A model generated the notes under the pieces. The model did not search any database and had not been told where the DNA came from. It worked only from the letters and a program-made list of their open reading frames with translations. This document shows positions 43,873 through 44,127 of a DNA stretch of 44,127 nt, piece by piece (within the stretch, counting starts at the first letter, position 1; each line of letters opens with the position of its first letter). Source of the DNA: Candidatus Magasanikiibacteriota bacterium (GTDB lineage Bacteria; Patescibacteriota; Patescibacteriia; Magasanikbacterales; GWA2-37-8); the NCBI GenBank assembly GCA_943357105.1, contig CALRGC010000004.1:22640-66766 (forward strand). Direction: 5' to 3'. The translations under genes were made by a program, and so were the position numbers.

Positions 43873-44127
43873 TTAAAAATTATTATAAAGCTCCGTTTGC
43901 CATTCTACGGTTCGCTTCAAACCCTCTTCGAAAGGAATAAAATCTATTTTCCCAAATTCTTTTTCCACGAGAGACATATCGAGCCCAACATCTTCTGGTG
44001 CCCCAGCCAAGGCTTGTGTAGAAACAATCGGAAATACTACTGTCGCGCCGGTGATCTCACCAATGTTTTTTGCCAACTCTCCAATCGTCGTTTTAGAATT
44101 GCCACCAACATTATAAATCGGATTTTG
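43873..44127 (-). CDS. NAD-dependent epimerase/dehydratase, C-terminal 84 codons (5' end outside the window)
   Basis: The frame stays open to the window edge: QNPIYNVGGNSKTTIGELAKNIGEITG...KRTVEWQTELYNNF*. The YNVGG..T..EL segment and the C-terminal W motif are typical of extended SDR sugar epimerases. Confidence 0.6.
   Translation of the reverse strand, partial: QNPIYNVGGNSKTTIGELAKNIGEITGATVVFPIVSTQALAGAPEDVGLDMSLVEKEFGKIDFIPFEEGLKRTVEWQTELYNNF

Noticed and set aside
43873-44127. The partial gene at the window edge as GDP-mannose 4,6-dehydratase (gmd), which would complete the fucose pathway.
   Set aside because: The visible C-terminal 84 residues (IYNVGG..TIGELAK..VEWQTELY) look like a generic extended-SDR epimerase tail. 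The diagnostic N-terminal and catalytic regions lie outside the window, so gmd cannot be claimed.
248-44127. Mobile elements, prophage, defence systems (restriction-modification, CRISPR-Cas, toxin-antitoxin) or integration scars that would explain the island.
   Set aside because: I recognised no integrase, transposase, recombinase, nuclease/helicase defence signature, flanking tRNA or direct repeats. Every ORF of 150 aa or more has a glycan-biosynthesis-type or surface-protein-type assignment.

Overview
This is a 44.1-kb window from a low-GC bacterium. All calls rest on motif reading by eye; no searches were run. It opens with the 3' end of rpmA (ribosomal protein L27, + strand) and a bidirectional intrinsic terminator. 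From 248 to 44127 there is one uninterrupted minus-strand array of about 44 tightly packed genes, many with overlapping stop and start codons. I saw no tRNA, rRNA, CRISPR array, transposase or integrase.

Most of the array (4505-44127) is a very large cell-surface glycan locus. It contains:
- Nucleotide-sugar modules: UDP-GlcA and UDP-xylose (ugd-like plus UXS), a complete GDP-D-glycero-alpha-D-manno-heptose route (transaldolase/FSA, gmhA, hddA, gmhB, hddC), GDP-L-fucose synthase, and a C-methylated (branched-chain) sugar module.
- About 14 glycosyltransferases: GT2, GT4, GT10, GT11, GNT-I-like, GT-C-like, and polyprenyl-phosphate GT2s.
- Five methyltransferase-like genes.
- A Wzt/TagH-type ABC ATPase with a C-terminal glycan-binding domain.

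The parts I cannot map to a described pathway are:
1. A self-contained carrier-protein module: Acs-like ligase, ACP, its own AcpS, an alpha/beta hydrolase and an LbH acyltransferase, wrapped around a myo-inositol-1-phosphate-synthase homologue.
2. A UDP-glucose-dehydrogenase-family gene embedded in the heptose operon whose catalytic Cys is replaced by Thr.
3. A Wzt with no adjacent Wzm, followed by an SGNH-helical-methyltransferase fusion that could be a chain terminator.
4. At the 3' end of the array, a separately promoted two-gene unit with a heavily structured leader. It encodes a small membrane protein and a 1172-aa secreted fusion of a zinc phospholipase-C-like domain, an S/T-rich linker, a lamin-tail domain and a beta-helix.

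Composition is mosaic. Sugar-nucleotide genes and wzt sit near 40-50% GC, like rpmA. The glycosyltransferase and membrane blocks drop to roughly 10-30% GC.
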